In this document: in pieces, positions 63,119-64,000 of the stretch
How positions within the stretch are numbered: the stretch's first letter is position 1
Layout of the letters: each line of letters starts with the position of its first letter
Source of the DNA: Rhizophagus irregularis
Lineage: Eukaryota
Reading direction: 5' to 3'
Assembly: GCF_026210795.1 (NCBI RefSeq)
Contig: NC_089430.1
Span: 744,001 to 808,000 of the forward strand
DNA length: 64,000 nt
Made by a program: the position numbers and the translations under genes
The notes under the pieces: generated by a model
What the model was told of the DNA's origin: nothing
The model's input: the letters and a program-made list of their open reading frames with translations, nothing else
The model's database searches: none

Positions 63119-64000
63119 ATGGCGAACATGTCTAAAGTTTACTGCGAGAAAATAGATCTCAAAAATCTAGACCTTAAGAAGGTTTATACCTTCGAAGAGT
63201 TCGAGTACATAAACGACCAACTTAAGACTCGCACTATACAACTTAACGGAAAACCAGTTAACCTCTTCGAATACAAAAACGGAAAGTTAATCCCAATGCC
63301 TCAGACTCCATACGCAAGAGAAAAGGTTGTTGCCGAGATTGTAGGACAGTTGCGCAACTGGAACATCGAAACCCATCAAAATGGAGGCGTTACCTCTTCG
63401 CAAGGTGGCTTTGATTTTAATGTCGGGGGACAGAGAACAATTCGAGCACCCGACGTTTCTTTCACTCCAAAACAAACAGACCGCGGTTTGAACGCACTAC
63501 AAAATTGGACCTTCCAAGGTCAACCCTTCACCCCAATATTTGTTGTTGAGGTTGATTTTATTGAAAGTGAAGCACAATTCCAAGTATTTGACGATAGATT
63601 CAGAAATGAAATTTTTGCACAGGGAACATCTGTGGAGTTAGGATTTCTAGTTGACATCGGCCAAGATAATAACGGCCAACTGGTGGGAACTATCCATTCG
63701 TGGAAATGGTACGAAAATAGTAATGCTGTACGTCATTATGAACATGGATGGCGAAATATGGATACCAGGGTTAGCGGTCAGCAGATTCTTCCAGGATTCA
63801 TCTTGGATGTTGAGATGATTGAAGAGGCTATCTCACAAGTATGTTGTGACGATTTATCATTGATGATTTTATTTTAGATCTTATCATTTATTTATTTCAT
63901 CAAATGATTACAGCAAGATTCAGGTTCATATGATGATGTTACTAATATTCCTTGTAACGGACCTGGATGTACAGCAACTTTTACTAGTCACCACGCTTTC
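63119..64000 (+). CDS. Uma2 (DUF820) family restriction-endonuclease-like protein, 3'-incomplete
   Basis: FEYKNGKLIPMP..VAEIVGQLRNWN..GGVTSSQGGFDF..IRAPDVSF..PIFVVEV..LPGFILDV. Probable intron from ~63839 (CAA|GTATGT) to ~63913, with the next exon running off the window. Confidence 0.8.

Larger units (their letters stand above)
50312..64000. mobile_element. GC-enriched virus-like cargo-carrying island (left end lost; continues past the window)
   Basis: Abrupt compositional shift, dense and mostly plus-strand intron-poor ORFs, a viral-type replication gene, a recombinase-like remnant, and CRN and Uma2 cargo. Confidence 0.65.

Noticed and set aside
50312..64000. Classification as Polinton/Maverick, Helitron or bacterial contamination
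   Set aside because: No PolB, retroviral-type integrase, capsid or HUH-Rep/PIF1 gene is visible; spliceosomal introns and Crinkler genes argue against bacterial origin.

Overview
Very AT-rich, intron-containing eukaryotic DNA. The gene families (tyrosine-kinase-like kinases, Sel1, BTB-TLDc, F-box-like, Crinkler) point to an arbuscular mycorrhizal fungus (Glomeromycota, Rhizophagus-like); this is inferred from family content only. The window has two compartments. (1) About 1-49.7 kb is AT-rich host-type sequence with pseudogenes, satellites, many MITEs, a 5'-truncated LINE with a 16-bp TSD and four kinase genes. One kinase locus (~21.35-33.7 kb, minus strand) is a tandem array of 25 phase-0 exons, each encoding a kinase N-lobe module with a hypervariable loop, ending in a C-lobe that has lost its HRD catalytic loop. 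(2) From 50,312 to the end is a visibly more GC-rich, gene-dense, mostly co-oriented island. It carries a 5'-truncated Zn-ribbon/UL9-like origin-binding helicase, a probable tyrosine-recombinase/resolvase C-terminal remnant, small Cys/His ORFs, repeated upstream cassettes, and Crinkler and Uma2 nuclease cargo. It looks like part of a large virus-like cargo-carrying mobile element whose left end was removed at a nest of IS3EU-like and hAT-like MITEs. All assignments come from motif reading; no searches were run.
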